The position numbers were made by a program, and so were the translations under genes. Below are positions 31,925 to 45,392 of a DNA stretch of 64,000 nt, piece after piece (position 1 is the first letter of the stretch; every line of letters begins with the position of its first letter). Location of the stretch: NCBI RefSeq assembly GCF_009914755.1, contig NC_060932.1; one strand, written 5' to 3'. The DNA comes from the human T2T-CHM13v2.0 reference genome, Homo sapiens. Below the pieces are notes generated by a model. That model saw nothing but the letters and a program-made list of their open reading frames with translations. It did not search any database and was not told the DNA's origin.

Positions 31925-32035
31925 AACAAACGTGAATCACACAAAGTTAAAATAATTTCCCCAGGTTTCATTAAATGCTGCAGTTAAAATTTGGAGGCAC
32001 AAAATCAGACTCCAGAAGCCATATCTAACCACAAT
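31925..32035 (-). mobile_element. MIR (right part)
   Basis: cacacaaagttaaaataatttccccagg…cagactccagaagcc…taaccac. Confidence 0.55.
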
Positions 32036-32123
32036 ACAGATGGCCAACCCTATCCATATGGTTTAGATTCCATCCCTTCCCAATTTCTTTCATATTTTTC
32101 TTCTTGGTAATTGTTTTTCATTC

Positions 32124-32128
32124 ATATA

Positions 32129-32186
<58 letters not shown>
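32124..32186. repeat. (TA)n microsatellite
   Basis: About 25 uninterrupted TA units. Confidence 0.97.
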
Positions 32187-32190
<4 letters not shown>

Positions 32191-32257
32191 CACATATTCT
32201 CTCTGTGTACTTGTTCTTTACCATAAGCTTTTAAACAACTTTAGGTAGATCTTAGTT

Positions 32258-32292
32258 AAAAACAAAACAAACAAACAAACAAACAAAATACA
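32258..32292. repeat. (CAAA)n microsatellite
   Basis: aaaacaaaacaaacaaacaaacaaacaaaa. Confidence 0.85.
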
Positions 32293-32499
32293 AAGAACTC
32301 CCTTTATCGCTTCAAATTGTGAAACCAATTTCCTGCATTTATCTCCCCTCTATTCTAAGACTAATTTAAAATAATAAGAAGAATATTTAAAGTGATGTAA
32401 CCCAGTAAAAATTTTAGAAATCATGACAGGGGTGATCAGCAGCTTAGAAATTCTTAACAGGTTTCTCGAAGATAGAATATAGTTAAGCACACAACCTGT

Positions 32500-32641
32500 G
32501 GAGGAGACCAGGAGGAAGGTGGTGGGAAGGCCACCTGGCAGATCATGGATGGGGTAGACCTGGAGGAAGGTGGTGGGAAGGCCACCTGGCAGATCCTGGA
32601 TGGGAGAGACCCAGAGGAAGGTGGTGGGAAGGCCACCTGGC
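32500..32641. repeat. 51-bp minisatellite, ~2.8 copies
   Basis: gaggaaggtggtgggaaggccacctggc recurs at ~32512, 32563 and 32614. Confidence 0.93.
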
Positions 32642-34355
32642 TGAGCCTAGATTCCTGGAGTGGCTTCAGGTTGGATTTCATAGTACAGGGAGCCAGGAAA
32701 AGGGAAGCAGACACTGTGGTTACCGTAACCTGGAAAAGTCTATAGAGGTCATTTACTGCATCTGCCCCATTTTCTCAGCAAGGAAGCAGATGTTCAGGGA
32801 GGCCTCATGTCTGTTCAGTGATTGAGGGTGGGCTTGTAGACTGGCACAGTGCAGGGCTCTTTCACCCTGGCCCGGCTGCTCCACACTGGCCACCCACCTC
32901 CCCTCCTACTTCAGGTTTCTCTCAAACGTTCTGCTTTGTGTACCTGTTACATCATTTCACCAGTGCGGAAACAGCTTGCTACATATAAAGTTGATGCAAT
33001 AACAATTTTTCATTAATTTACTGTTGACTTTTAACTTGCAAATTAACTGATTAGTACAAAGTTCATGTACATGAAGTTGTGAGGTGTATCATATGAAGGA
33101 TTGGAATCATTTTTTTCACCTACTCTGAACACATATAACCTATATACTGGGCAAAAATATTTGGCAGTAATTTCTGCCCCTCAAGAGTCATTAGCGTAGG
33201 GGATTTTTATGTCTCAAATGTCATTGCTGAGACTGAAAATCTTCCATCCACCTCAACTCTTACTATGACGGGTGGTGGAGGCAGACAGGCTTATCCAATA
33301 AAATCTGGCGGTCAAGCTGAGCATTCAGAGTAGCCGGCAGACACTCCCTAAATGGGGAAGCAGGGGTGCTGCAAGCACAGCAGGGCCATCTGTAGAGCTC
33401 AGCACTGCCTGGATGACCCCTCTCTGCAGCTCCCCACTGCTTTCTCTCTAGCATTTGCCAATCACCTGCCACCCCCTAGGAGCCAGTGATTTCTATGACA
33501 GGATTGTGGCCTAGATGAACCAGCTATCTCTCTGTCCAGGGGCATGGTTTCTCCCTGTGCCTGTGACAAGGGCCTTTAATCATTCTCTCTGCACTGGTGT
33601 CAGCCACAAATCCCAGCAGGCTCATTAAAATGTGCACCTGTCGAGGAGCACATTGTCAGGAGGATTCACTGGAGGCTGGAACTCAATGCTGCCTCCACCT
33701 GGAAAAGGGTCTGACCCTGCAGAGGTGCCTTTGGCCCGAGCCCCTTTTCATCTTTACCCTCAGAAAGCTTGGGGCCAGCACAGGCCAGGGCCTTTCCAGG
33801 GCTCTGAAAGCCGGAGAGAAGGAAAGACAGTGAGAGGAGAAGGCACCTGCCCACCTGAGTCCCTCTTCTTTCTGCAGCCTCCCCTGCCGGGCTTCAGAGC
33901 CAAGAATGCCCCTTGTGAGTACAGCCCTGGCTCTTTGAGTTAGCAAAAGAGATTGATGGAAACAAGTTTCTGCCCCAGGCTCTTGTTGACCACACAGTGA
34001 TTTCAAGAGGATTTTCAATTTTTTTCTGCGCTGGAACCTTAGATGTTCAGATGGGCCAGAAATGAAGGCTGTGTGGGTGGGACAAGCCACTTGCCAGGCC
34101 TCTGACCCTCCTGAGCCTCAGCAGTGAAGAGGGGACAATATGCTGCCCTGCCTGCCACCAGGTCATGTGAAGAAGGGAGAAGTGATGGGAGATCACTTCA
34201 TTTGAAAACATTGTCAATGTACAAAACAATAGAAATCACACATATAATTAAAGAAGAAATGCTTTATACTGCCACAGATTTTATATTGGTTATAAATAAG
34301 TGATCAAACAGACCCTGTGCTGCATTATTTTATAATTTATTCAGTTAAATACCTT

Positions 34356-34416
34356 TTTGCTTGCATTATATTCATTTGTAGCAAATTCATTTGCTTGCAT
34401 TATATTCATTTGTAGC
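34356..34416. repeat. 27-bp direct duplication (period 34)
   Basis: tttgcttgcattatattcatttgtagc at 34356-34382 and 34390-34416. Confidence 0.9.
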
Positions 34417-34489
34417 CATGCAATTAGCATAATGCAACCTTGTAAACTATAAGATTAGTTTTATTATGGGACTCTGGTGACATCATTTC

Positions 34490-35042
34490 AGAAGAAAGAC
34501 AGAGAAGGACAAAAAAGAAGCAGAAAGAAAAATAGAAGGAGACAAGAAGAAAAGAAGGAGAGAGGGAGAGAGAAAAGAAAGAGAAGACAGAGAATGGGGT
34601 AGAGGAGAGAAGGAGGGGAGGTAGAGAAGGAAAGAGAGGTAGGGACAGAAACACATGGAGAGGCAGAGGGAGATTCAAAGGCAGGAAAGAAGAAAAGCCA
34701 TGATAAGTTCTCTGAGGGCCAAGGTCACATCTTGTTTATTTTCTCTATAGCACTTACACAGTGACTGGCATGTACTGTGTGCTATCTAAGTATTTGCTGA
34801 GTTGAACTGAATCATTCCACTGGGGACAGAGGGAAGAGGGAAAGAGAAGTAGAGAGAAAACTAGAGAAAGAGATGAAGATAGAGGTAGAAGGGAAGGGAG
34901 AGACACTGGGGGGAAGAGCATCTAAGTGGAGTGGAGGCTAAATGAAAGAAAGGTAGAGAAGGAAGAAAGGGGAGGATAAGAGTGAGTAGAGGAGGGTGAT
35001 AGAGGAAGGAAAGGAGGAAGAGAAAAGAGGGAGGAGGGTGGG
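34490..35042 (+). repeat. GA-rich low-complexity purine tracts
   Basis: Two long A/G runs (34490-34700, 34825-35042). Confidence 0.8.
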
Positions 35043-37129
35043 TAAAACAGTTTATTCAGGGTCTGGTGAAGTCAATCCAAGAATGGAATAGACTCACAGA
35101 TTTGGAGCTGCTGTTAGACCCAGGGCAGTTCCTTGTAGGAACATGTCTCAGAAGCCACCCAGCACCTTCCTGTTTCACCTCCGCATGGCCTGAAATGAAG
35201 GCTCTCCAGCTCAGAGAAACCATGTCCAAAATGCTGCTTCAGAAGGCACCCAGAAAGCGTCTTCACAGCTCCACAGCCACTTGCAGTGGTGATGTGGAAA
35301 TGTATTCAAGAGATACCTGGACCAGATGCTGGAAAAAGACCTGGAAATGTCAGGTCCCCGCTTTTCAAACTGCTGCCCTGTGGCCAGGGACAGAGTCCCT
35401 GCTCTGGGGAGATGAGACAGCCCCTGCTGGGATCGATCGCCCTGCCTCTTGTCTCAACTTAGAGCAGTGTTTGCTAATGTCTCTTGCATTAAGAACAGGG
35501 AAAAAGAAAGGAATCAGGGCAGCCTCATCTTACAATCTGGTAAGAGGAGACAAGCATGTGTGTATTAGGTTTCTGTCATGTGCCATTTCCTTTACAAATA
35601 TCATGTCATGTAACATGCACAATTCTCTGAAGAATTGTTACTGTATTTATTTTCATGAATGCTCTCACATAAGTCTCTTCAGGATACAGAGGCCACTGTG
35701 TCACCCAGGTTCTCACCAAGAGGTAGATATTCACCTAAACTTTGTGACCTCAGGTTCAGAGACCCTGCTTATGCACCTCCTTTGCCAAAGCTAACCTGGC
35801 ATCATTCTCTGTCCAAACTCTGCTCTCCAACCAGTACAAGTTTTGCCTCTTCCACGAAGCTCCACCCAGGCACCCATTCTTGGTCTGCATCTTCTCACTG
35901 CCTGTAGTCAGGGTGAGTCTTTGGCACTGGGCATCTGCCGTCTGCTACTCAGGTTGTGTAATTATTCTTGTGTACACAAGTCTGTCTCATTTGTGCTTAC
36001 AAATTTCTTATGGGCCTCTAACACTATAAAACAAGCCAGTGCTCTAATTTTACAGATGAGAAAACTGAGGTTCAGAAAGTCCTACGAAAACTTCAGTGGG
36101 TCATGCAACCAGTAAATTTTGGCTCCAAGAATGATCTTCTTTTATCTGCACTCTGTTTTTAATAGACAAGAGCCAAAGGAAGTCAATACAAACAAACACA
36201 ACAGCTATTTAATTACAAGGGATGTGATACTACAGAGAGAAGATTGTCTGGTTTCTCTTTATGAAAACTTTAAAAGAAAGAGTAAATACTCCTCTGTATG
36301 GGAAGGCTAAGATGCAATTCTACTCAAAAAATCTCCAGACTGCAAAATATGGTGTTCCAGTCTTTCTCTGGCTTGTGAAAGAGTGACTCTCCTGGTGTTT
36401 CCTGCAGTGCTATTCTAGCTCCTGGCATTGCCTGGGGCGGCCATTGGCAGAGAGTGGAAAATGCTATGGCTCATCCCAGCACTCCCAGAGACCGTGAGGT
36501 CCTAGGGGCTGCACTGCCAGAGAGCCACTGACAATTTCATAAGGTTCGTTTACCCTCACTGCTTCATCCCTTATGGTTATTTGTCTAAAAGCTAATTTAA
36601 AAATGCATCTGCATCCTTAAGAAGACACTGCAGATGGATTCCAGAGCTGTAACTTTCTTCCTCTCTGACAAGGCATTGTGCAATGCACTGACTGAAGGAC
36701 CTGACTCAGCTACTCATGCTGGGCTTTCATGGCTTCAGGAACTGATGATTCCAGAGGTTTGTCCAAGACTTATCCGGACAAATTTTTAAAATGGTCATCC
36801 CAGTAAGCAGCTCTTCTGCTGCTTAAAGCTAAAATACAATCATGCTTTTCTCTTCATAACCCTCTCTCCAGCCAACCCATGTCCCCCACATGTTCCCACC
36901 AAGTCTCCATCCCTTTGCTTTGGGGCATCCTCCCCCTCGCTGGTTCTCTGTCTCCAGACCCCTCTGACACCTCTGGGCCCTGCTACCAGGGCTCTTGCCT
37001 CAGCATACCCTATTGTTCTTTCAGCTCCCTGTTTTCTATAGAAAGATCTCGTTATTAAGAATCCCATCAGCCCGAGGGTAGGAAACCTGGTAGGAGGGCT
37101 CACATGCAGTACAGGGCAGGGCTCAGGGC

Positions 37130-37320
37130 ACAGGCTCTGCAGCTAGAATGCCTGGGGCTGAAACCCAGATCTGCTGCTCATGACCCATACTCCAGGCCTC
37201 ACTCTCCATCTGTGAAATGGGAATAATAATTGTACTACTGAATAGTCACCACACGTAGGAAAAACACGTGGAAAACCACCTTATATCTAGCAGATGCTTA
37301 GTGAACGTTATCTATTGATA
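37130..37320 (+). mobile_element. MIR
   Basis: ggctctgcagctagaatgcctggg…catctgtgaaatgggaataataat. Confidence 0.6.
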
Positions 37321-37589
37321 TTGTTACTTTTCCATAGTAACTTCCCCATACTCCCTTCAAATACCCCCAGTTCCCCAGGCTTCACTGTAGCTGATCCAAG
37401 CATAAGCCAGGGATTCTGGCATGAGCGGGGTGAGCTCCTAGGGCTGCACATAAAGTAGACCCATCTAGAATAATGCCTTATGATGGAAGAGTTATTTTCT
37501 TCTGACTATCTGAGCCAACTGAAATCTGCTTCAAATGAAGCATGTGACTGTGTGGTCAGTCCGTCTTCACAGACAGCAGTGATAAAAGC

Positions 37590-37835
37590 TGGTGTGCATC
37601 AGCCACCCACCACATGCCAGGGGTTCTGGCTGACCCGGACATGCACTTGCCCTATGCTCACAGTGGGCCTGCAAGGGGGCACCACAACCCCACTTTGTAG
37701 GTGGAGACAAAGAGGCTCAGAGAGGCTGGTGATGCAGCCAAAGTTACCCACTGGTGAGAGGCAGAAATCAGACTTGAAATTGAATCTTCTGACTCTAGAT
37801 CTACAGGGAGCTGAGCCTGGGTTCCTTCCACTTTC
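37590..37835 (-). mobile_element. MIR
   Basis: cccactttgtaggtggagacaaagaggctcagagagg…ggcagaaatcagacttgaa…ctgactcta. Confidence 0.55.
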
Positions 37836-39054
37836 AATGTTCATGATTCTGTGATCCTAACACTGGTTCTTATTCCATGAGGGTGAAATGGCTTGGTTTT
37901 CAGGCCTTAGAGAGACCTTATCTGATAGCTCCTGGCTTCTGTACTTCTTGAACTACATTCTCCTGTCCCCTCCAGCCTGGGATCTGGGTCTGGCCAGAGG
38001 CAGGACCTACCCGGTGATCTTAGGAAGCCCCAGGCCTGAAAAAACTCAGGATCAGGTCCAAGTAACTGCATTTTTGGACTGTTGGCCTTTGGGAAGCAGG
38101 ATGACAGTGAGGGAAATACTGGTGATTTTCATAGAGGATTTTGAACCTTGTCTGATGGAGATAATGAAGCTCCTGCCCCCTCACATGTGTGGCCCATTTT
38201 GCTGCTGGGGAATAATGCTAGGTCTCTCTTGTCTTTGCAGATCCTGGCCTGCTCTTGCACACATATCTCAAGCCCCACACCCCGGGTTCCTGGATCATCA
38301 ATTTGTCTAAGCCTCCAGAGCCTCCACCGGCTCATGGCCTGAGAATGGGATCTGTCTGGCAATCAATCTTTTTCAGCAGTGCTGAAGATCTAACCTCACA
38401 GAAAAGAGTCTAAGGCAAAAAACGAAAGCCAGCTTTTGCCAGGCAAAGCACCTTGTGCCTCTCCCAGGCATCTAGCATGCTCCTGCATAGCCCAGGCTCA
38501 GCCTGGGGCCTCTCGCTCTCATCAGGGCACGTGCAGACAAGGAGCCACCGTTCAACTTCACAGAGAGGCCACATTCTTGCCCTGGTCTTGAAAGAATCCC
38601 AGACTGTAATGGAAAAGGATCGACGTGGGAGAAAGAGGTTTGCTCACTTTCTGACTTGTTCTCTCGTGCTCACCTAAATCTCTGTCTTTGGACATCGCCC
38701 TCAGTGCTGTCAGGAGTCTGGATGCACAATTGGGGTCCTCTGCACCAATTCTCCCCTGGGCAGACACCTGGAAATATCTGGGTTTGCTCAGGGCCTGCTC
38801 CTCCTACTGCAGCAAGTGTTCCTGCCAGGACCCTGTAAACAGAGAAGGCATGCATCCTCTGCAGGGACTCCTGGTGCCACATGTCCCATGAGTCAACAGA
38901 TGTATATGATATTTACTTGGAGCCAACACAAGATTCTGTTCTCCCAACTCTTGGTCATGAGCCCTATGTCCTACAGGCTGCATGCTCAGCTTTGTCTCTT
39001 AGTTTAACTGGGAAGTCCATCATTATTGTCCACAGCAATGCGTGTCTGGAGCAC

Positions 39055-39260
39055 ACATTATTGAATTCCTGCAGACCTGGGTTCGAGTTCTCATTCTGCA
39101 GTTTATTAGCTAGACCACCCAATAAAACCACTGTTACTCTAAATCTGTTTCCTTAGCTTTAGAAAGAGTTTAATTATACCAATTTTATGAATAATGTTCC
39201 AAAAATTAATGAGATAATGCATATAAAGCCATCACCACAGTGCCCCATAAGACGTACAAA
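39055..39260 (+). mobile_element. MIR
   Basis: agacctgggttcgagttc…aatgagataatgcatataaagc…cacagtgcc. Confidence 0.55.
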
Positions 39261-40055
39261 CAGAGTAATACCCATCCTTGCCTTCAGGACCTGGTCCCTG
39301 TCTTTGGGGACAGAAAGGTGGCTCTCAGGAAGAAATGAAGGGAAACACCACAACCTCAGCTCAGCCCCGTGCTTCTCCATCCCAAAGGCTCTGATGAAAG
39401 GTGTTTCTATTTGCCAAACTCCTACCTTGACATACGCTTGTCACAGGACTCTGTAGGCTGAAGTAACACCGGTGAGACAATAAATTGTCCCATGGCTCTC
39501 TGTTTCCTTTTTTTATCAAAGGAGCAGCTGTAGAATTAAAAATATGCTGTTGAATTGTCTAGAAGCTACTTTGTCAGCTGGGACCCACCTCTCTGATGCT
39601 GATAAAAGGGTCTAGCCAAGCAGTGGGTATCTGCTGCTCTTTGAATAAAGAACAAGGTTATCAAGTAGGAGGGTGTGCGTGCATTCTGCCTGTGGGTCTC
39701 ACTCCTTATCTCTCTCCTATCCTCTTCTTCCAAGCATGCTTCATGACAACCAATGGTTGTTGCTCAAGAAATATCCCTGTCACCATGGACAATGGAGATT
39801 CTTTTATGCTATCAGGAGTTTGGTCCTCTTAGAATGGGTTAAGGAAGAGCCAGAGGGAAGGAGGCAGGCCTGTGTTGCAAATGTGGCTGTCTTTATGTGA
39901 GAATCAAGGCAGGAGAGGAGAGGGTGGGAGTGAGGAAAACCAGCCTCAGTGCTTCCAAATATCAGTATCTGTTTATATGCAAACACATGCCATGGATCTT
40001 GGAGACATTCACTCTGCCTTGTCATTCCTAATTTCCCCTTTCCAGCTAATAACAC

Positions 40056-40252
40056 TGATACACACACATATACAACATACACACATGGTCACACACACAT
40101 ATATAAACACACAGATGTGTGCACACATACACATATACACACACCCACATACACACATACATACATATGCACATATACATACTTATGCATGCACATGTGA
40201 ACACAAATACATACATGAGCACACATACATATGCGTGCACATAAACACACAA
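40056..40252. repeat. Degenerate (CA)/(TACA)n simple repeat
   Basis: cacacacatatacaacatacacac…. Confidence 0.9.
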
Positions 40253-40372
40253 ATACTGAGCACAGATTCCATTCAGCAAGCCAACAAACATTTAGTAGTA
40301 AATGTGAACTACAAACCAAATGCTGAGAAGAGCTGGAGGAATGCAAAACTGAGTAAAAAAATGATTCCTGCC

Positions 40373-40733
40373 TGATATAGTTTGGCTGTGTCCACACCCA
40401 AGTCTCATCTTGAATTGTAGTTCCCATAATCCCCAAGTGTCATAGGAGGGACATAATTTAATAATAACAGCGGTTACCTCCATGCTATTTTCATGTTAGT
40501 GAGTGAGTTCTCGTGAGGTCTAATGGTTTTACAAGGGGCTTCTCCCCCATTCTCTCCGCCCTTCTTGCTGCCGCCATGTGAAGGACACGTTTGCTACCCC
40601 TTCTGCCATGATTTAAGTCTCCTGAGGCCTCCCCAGCCCTGCGAAATTGTGAATCCATTAAACCTATTTTCTTTATAAATTACCCAGTCTCAGATATGTC
40701 TCTTTATTAGCAGTATGAGAAAGGACTAATACA
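40373..40733 (+). mobile_element. THE1 (THE1C/D-like) MaLR solo LTR
   Basis: tgatatagtttggctgtgtcc…attaaacct…ttacccagtctc…ggactaataca, with a 5-bp TSD ctgcc (40368-40372, 40734-40738). Confidence 0.92.
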
Positions 40734-42358
40734 CTGCCCACAACGCTTTTAAAAAGAACTGGAAGATAAATGCACATATGGCACGTACTAAAATGGAAGC
40801 TTGGGACAATTTTGGAGACAAGCAGTATGTGTAGAACGGGAGTCAGGAGAACAGCCTCAGCGACTGGCTCACTGCACAGCCTCAGGATGGGCCTTTAGCT
40901 TGCTGTGCTGTGCCCTCATCCATAAAGTGCAGATGAAGAAACTTGCCTCAGAAGGAGGCTCAGAGAAACAAACAAACACTACATCTACGGGCTGCAAAAA
41001 TAAAGGACTATTATTACAAAACCCACAGGGGTATCAGGAAGATGAAATTGAACAGGGCATGACCAAGATAGCCCTGACAGCCAGCTTATGAAGTCCAGCA
41101 AAGATGATACACAGGCTGATAGAACACTGTGAAGAAAGCAGGTGGAACACACTGCCGGCCTCAGGGCACCAGCAGGAGGGGTGTGCAGGGCATTAGGAAG
41201 CAGCCAGGAGATGGATCTAGAAAGCAGGCTGGGAACAGATAGCCTGGAGACCTGGAGAGCACAGCTGAAAAGCCCACACGTTCCCCTGCAGGTAGTGAAG
41301 CCGGTTAGAGAAGGTGGAGCCGGCCCCACTGGCTGGAGTCTGCATTCCACAGAGTCATGTCCCATCCTCCTGATGGTCCCACCTGCAGCCCAGGGATCAC
41401 TGTCCTCAGTATCTTCATATGTGAAAGAAAGAAAGAAAAGCAGTGTGCTGGGTGACTTGGGGTGTCTTCTGCCTCTCAGTTTTGGCCCCCATTCAGCTGC
41501 TCTCAGGAGAGCCTCACAGGCCCGTTTCTCCCCTCCCAGTTGAGAGTGCAAGTCCTGGGTCTTTCTAGGTTCCCCGGCTGTAGGCCTGCATGGAGTAATC
41601 ATTTAGGAGAGCCAGCTCCCTTGCCCCAGCTCCCTGGATGCTTTCTGGGCTTGGCTCACGCAGAAGATATCCCATGAAGGTGACTGCCTGCAGGAGTATT
41701 AGCCAGGACCCCCTGTCCTCCTCAAGAGGAGGGGACAGGCTCTGTTTAATTTTCTACACAGGCCCACCTCTCTTTCAGACTTGAGGCAGGAAAATTATAC
41801 CTCATTCTCCCCATTCAGGGAGACAGATCAAGGTACAAAGATAAGAAAAATATATATATATTTTCGGAACACTATATTTTCATTAATTTTTTTAAAAAAA
41901 TGTGCAATCTTGAAGACATAGAAAAAGGCGTATGAATATTGTCATAAGTGTGTGTGCCTACACACAGAGCTCAGGACACAAAACGCCGCATTTCAGGAAA
42001 AGCCTGCACACCAGCCTTAGCCTCCCTGCTGCCGGGATCCTCCCCAGGCCTGTGTGTGTATCATGTGACCTACTGTGCTCTTTCCCAGAATTTTAACCTT
42101 AAGAAATGATGTGACACTGGTGCTGTCCTCCTGTTATTTCCTTTTTCATTCCATAATGTTTTGACATTCATCTGTGTGGACATATAATTAATTATTTCTC
42201 ACTGTCTTAAAATTTTCCACTGAATAATCTGCCACATTCTATTAATTAAGGTTACTGGACATTTAAGTTGAATTATCATACACTGCTGATTGGAGTACAA
42301 AAGGGTTCAGCCACTTTAAGGAGCAACTGGGCAATACTAATGCTGAAGTGACTTAACC

Positions 42359-42559
42359 CAGGGGTGTCCAATTTTTTGGCTTCCCTGGGCCACATTGGAA
42401 GAAAAAGGATTGTCTTGGGCCGCACACAAAATACACTAACACTAACAATAACTGATGAGATAAAAAACTCATAATGCTTTAAGAAAATTTACAAATTTGT
42501 GTTGGGTCATATTCAAAGCCATCCTGGGCTGCATGTGGCCTGCAGGTTGGACAAGCTTG
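42359..42559 (+). mobile_element. MER30 hAT DNA transposon (non-autonomous)
   Basis: caggggtgtccaa…ttggacaagcttg termini and an 8-bp TSD acttaacc (42351-42358, 42560-42567). Confidence 0.92.
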
Positions 42560-43847
42560 ACTTAACCTATGGCCACCACTTTTACTCCAAAGTATGTATC
42601 TGAAAGAAAGCTTACACATATACCAGCCCTTTGTACCATAAAATTATCTTTCCATGCAGTCTTCTATTTAATTTACTCACACTAACATGTTTTATTCCTA
42701 TTTTATAGATGAGAAAACTAGGGCCAAGGGAGGCTAAGGCAATTTCCTGGCTCACATTGCCAGTGTGTGACAGAGCTAGGGTTTGGGGACATCTCCTGTT
42801 CTCAGGGAGTCCCCACTGCCCCACCCCAGCCTGGCCACCTCCAACCACAGAGGCAGCCTGTGTGTGCTCATGGCTCACCACCCTAAAAAGGGGAAAGAGG
42901 TCTCTCATCAGGAAGGAGAAACTCCAGTGTGGCTGCTCCAGCTGGTGCCACCAGTGCTGGTGACGTTGCCTGCAGTTGCCCAACACTGGGGAACAAGACA
43001 GTTTTTATCCAGGTGTCCTGACAAGCCTATGGACACATTCTGAAAATGCACAAGTGGCATATGAAGCCTTCCTCTCACTTGATGCCCAGCACCTGTCACC
43101 TACAGTTGAGCTGTGGCTGAACCCCATGAGAGTCTCAACAAGGCTGCCCTGAGGCCTGCCCCAAATGATGTTTCTTAACACTTTTTAGAAAGAAGGAAAC
43201 TGAGCCTCACAGAGGCAGAATCTGCATGCCCAGCTCCAAGCCTGAGGTTGCCATGGAGAGTAGAAATAATCCCAGTAGTAATGGATTGCTGAATGCTGAC
43301 CAAGTGTTCCCTGCCTGGCAGCACCCACTGTGCCGACTGTATGGCCCCCTCTTGGCCTTACAGTTTCAGGGGCCTCTGCTACCTCCTAGGAGGTAGTATG
43401 CTGACAGAGGAGGCTCTGGAACCTCCAGGCAGACTGTTTAGTGGCTCTTGAGGGAGAGCCAAGCACTGACAGGCTAATCCCCAGTTAAAACCTACCCACA
43501 CTCCTGGGGGTGAATTCATCTGCATGAAGAGCAATCCTCAGAGACACTATAATTATGCAATTGTGTGTGCTGGGATGCAGGGGTTATGGAATTTAAGACA
43601 GAGCCAGCTGCCTGGTTGCCAGTTCAAGCATGTGTTAGCAACCAGGGAAGGAGAGAGACCTGCACCAGGAGACTCAGTTAAAACCACACAGTGCAGGACC
43701 AGGGGGACCTCTGCCTCCTGCAGTCCCAGTGCATGGCTGCCAGCTTTGGTTGCCTTAGGTGGTGGAATCAGAGCGCTCTGGACACATGAGCAGTGCTGGG
43801 GACAGGCAGTGCTGGGCAGTCCGGAGCATTTTCTACTTCTTTCTGCC

Positions 43848-43935
43848 TTACCAGCTCTTGTTTTTGTGATCTTGTGGGCTCCTCTCCAGCTTTACCAGCT
43901 CTTGTTTTTGTGATCTTGTGGGCTCCTCTCCAGCT
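43848..43935. repeat. Perfect 44-bp tandem duplication
   Basis: ttaccagctcttgtttttgtgatcttgtgggctcctctccagct x2. Confidence 0.95.
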
Positions 43936-45392
43936 GGTCTTCCACAAGGGACTCTCCCTGTGAGAACTGTCATTGTTAATGAAGGAGTGATTCAATTTGT
44001 CTGACAAAAGCTCCACCAGGATGGTAGAGGACCCTGTTGGGCCGATCTGAGGTTTTTGGAAGAGTTGAGATGGACTTTGTTTCTCTAATGTTGTGGCAAA
44101 TGAGTTAAGGAGAGAATGAAAAAGAGAGAGAGGCAGCAGGTGCAGTCATGTTCACAGGCATCTCTGTGTTCACAGAGACCCCGTTCTCCAGTTTGCAGCT
44201 CTTCCTGTGCTTCTGTGTTGGTGACTGCAGTTCTCTGCTGATGGGCTCGCGGCTGATCTATTAGCCTATGTGACTCTCGGCAGGGTGGCCCTGCCCTCCC
44301 TCTTCAGAGCACATGCAGCATACGGGGGCACAGACTGGGAGCTCACATGGGGTGCAGGGTCACACACCCCTGCCACTGAGGGACACATTCTGTGGGGCCA
44401 CCTCAGCTGAGCACCTTCTCATCTCCTGGGCTGAGATCTTGGGGCATGTGTCAGTGCCCAGGTTACAGATGGAAACCTGAGGCCCAGAGACTGGGCCAGT
44501 AGTGAGGGGGCCCCTCCACCCCAGGCCTCGGAGCTCCAGGCTCCGTGCCCCAACTAGCACGCACATGGCCTCAGACCCTTCAGATATGCGGACAAACCAG
44601 CCACCCACTCTCCCGAAAACAGCTGCAGGGGGCGCCTTCTCATGGGAACAAGGTGCCCTCCTGATAACTCACGTTTACCACAGTCTCCCTGCCCTGGGCT
44701 GTAGACTTCCTGCCCGGCACTGCCTCTCCCCTGAGCATCAGTCCCCAGTGTGCCTGCTCCTCGTCCTGAATCTCTCACAGTGCCTGACTCCTCTAACATC
44801 CTGGCCTCTCTTCTCTGCCACAGCTGTTGGAGAGGCTTGTGAGTGAGCCCTGTTGCTGTGGTCTTTGGCACCAGGGAGCCATTTGCTGATCCCCTGATGG
44901 GCAGGGTCCCTGTCTTTGTGCCGCCTGTTCATGTCCCCCTGAGGACGTGTGCTCTGTGTTGAGGACCACCGTTGCTCAGCATGATGTGAGGAGTCAGCTG
45001 GGGGCCTGTCCCCTCCTGGGCTGTGAGCTCCTTGAGGGCAGGAGCTGTGCCCAGGCAGCTCCTCTCTCCAGAAGTTCTCAACACCCTACTTGCCCCAGCA
45101 TGAGCAGCTTTCCATGTGGGCCAGCGACCCCTTTTCTCTTTGCTCAGGAAGTGCAAGCATTTGTCCGGACAGCCCATCACTAGTGACAATTTCATTAACC
45201 GCAGAGCCACGTGTGATGGCAGGTGAGGGTCAGTCCCTGTGTTTGCTCTCTCAGCCTTGGCTGTGGGGGTAGCAGGTGGAAGTGGAGGAGGACCCACCGC
45301 AGTGGTTTTTCCTGGGAGCCACAACAGACTCCCCAGCAAGGGGAAAATGGAAGACACATTCCCAAGACACGTATGACCTCAGTGGCAGCAAC

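Noticed and set aside
35066-35794. 242-aa ORF, the longest outside repeats
   Set aside because: Non-ATG start, no recognisable homology or coding-like composition, and no supporting exon structure.
36434-36447. GC box next to a reverse CCAAT (ggggcggccattgg)
   Set aside because: Isolated short motifs in a CpG-poor context, expected by chance.
39872-40436. His/Thr- and Cys/Val-rich ORFs
   Set aside because: Translations of the (CA)n simple repeat.
40454-40464. DUX4 site normally found in THE1 LTRs
   Set aside because: It reads taatttaataa instead of the TAATTGAATCA-type site, so it is degenerate in this copy.
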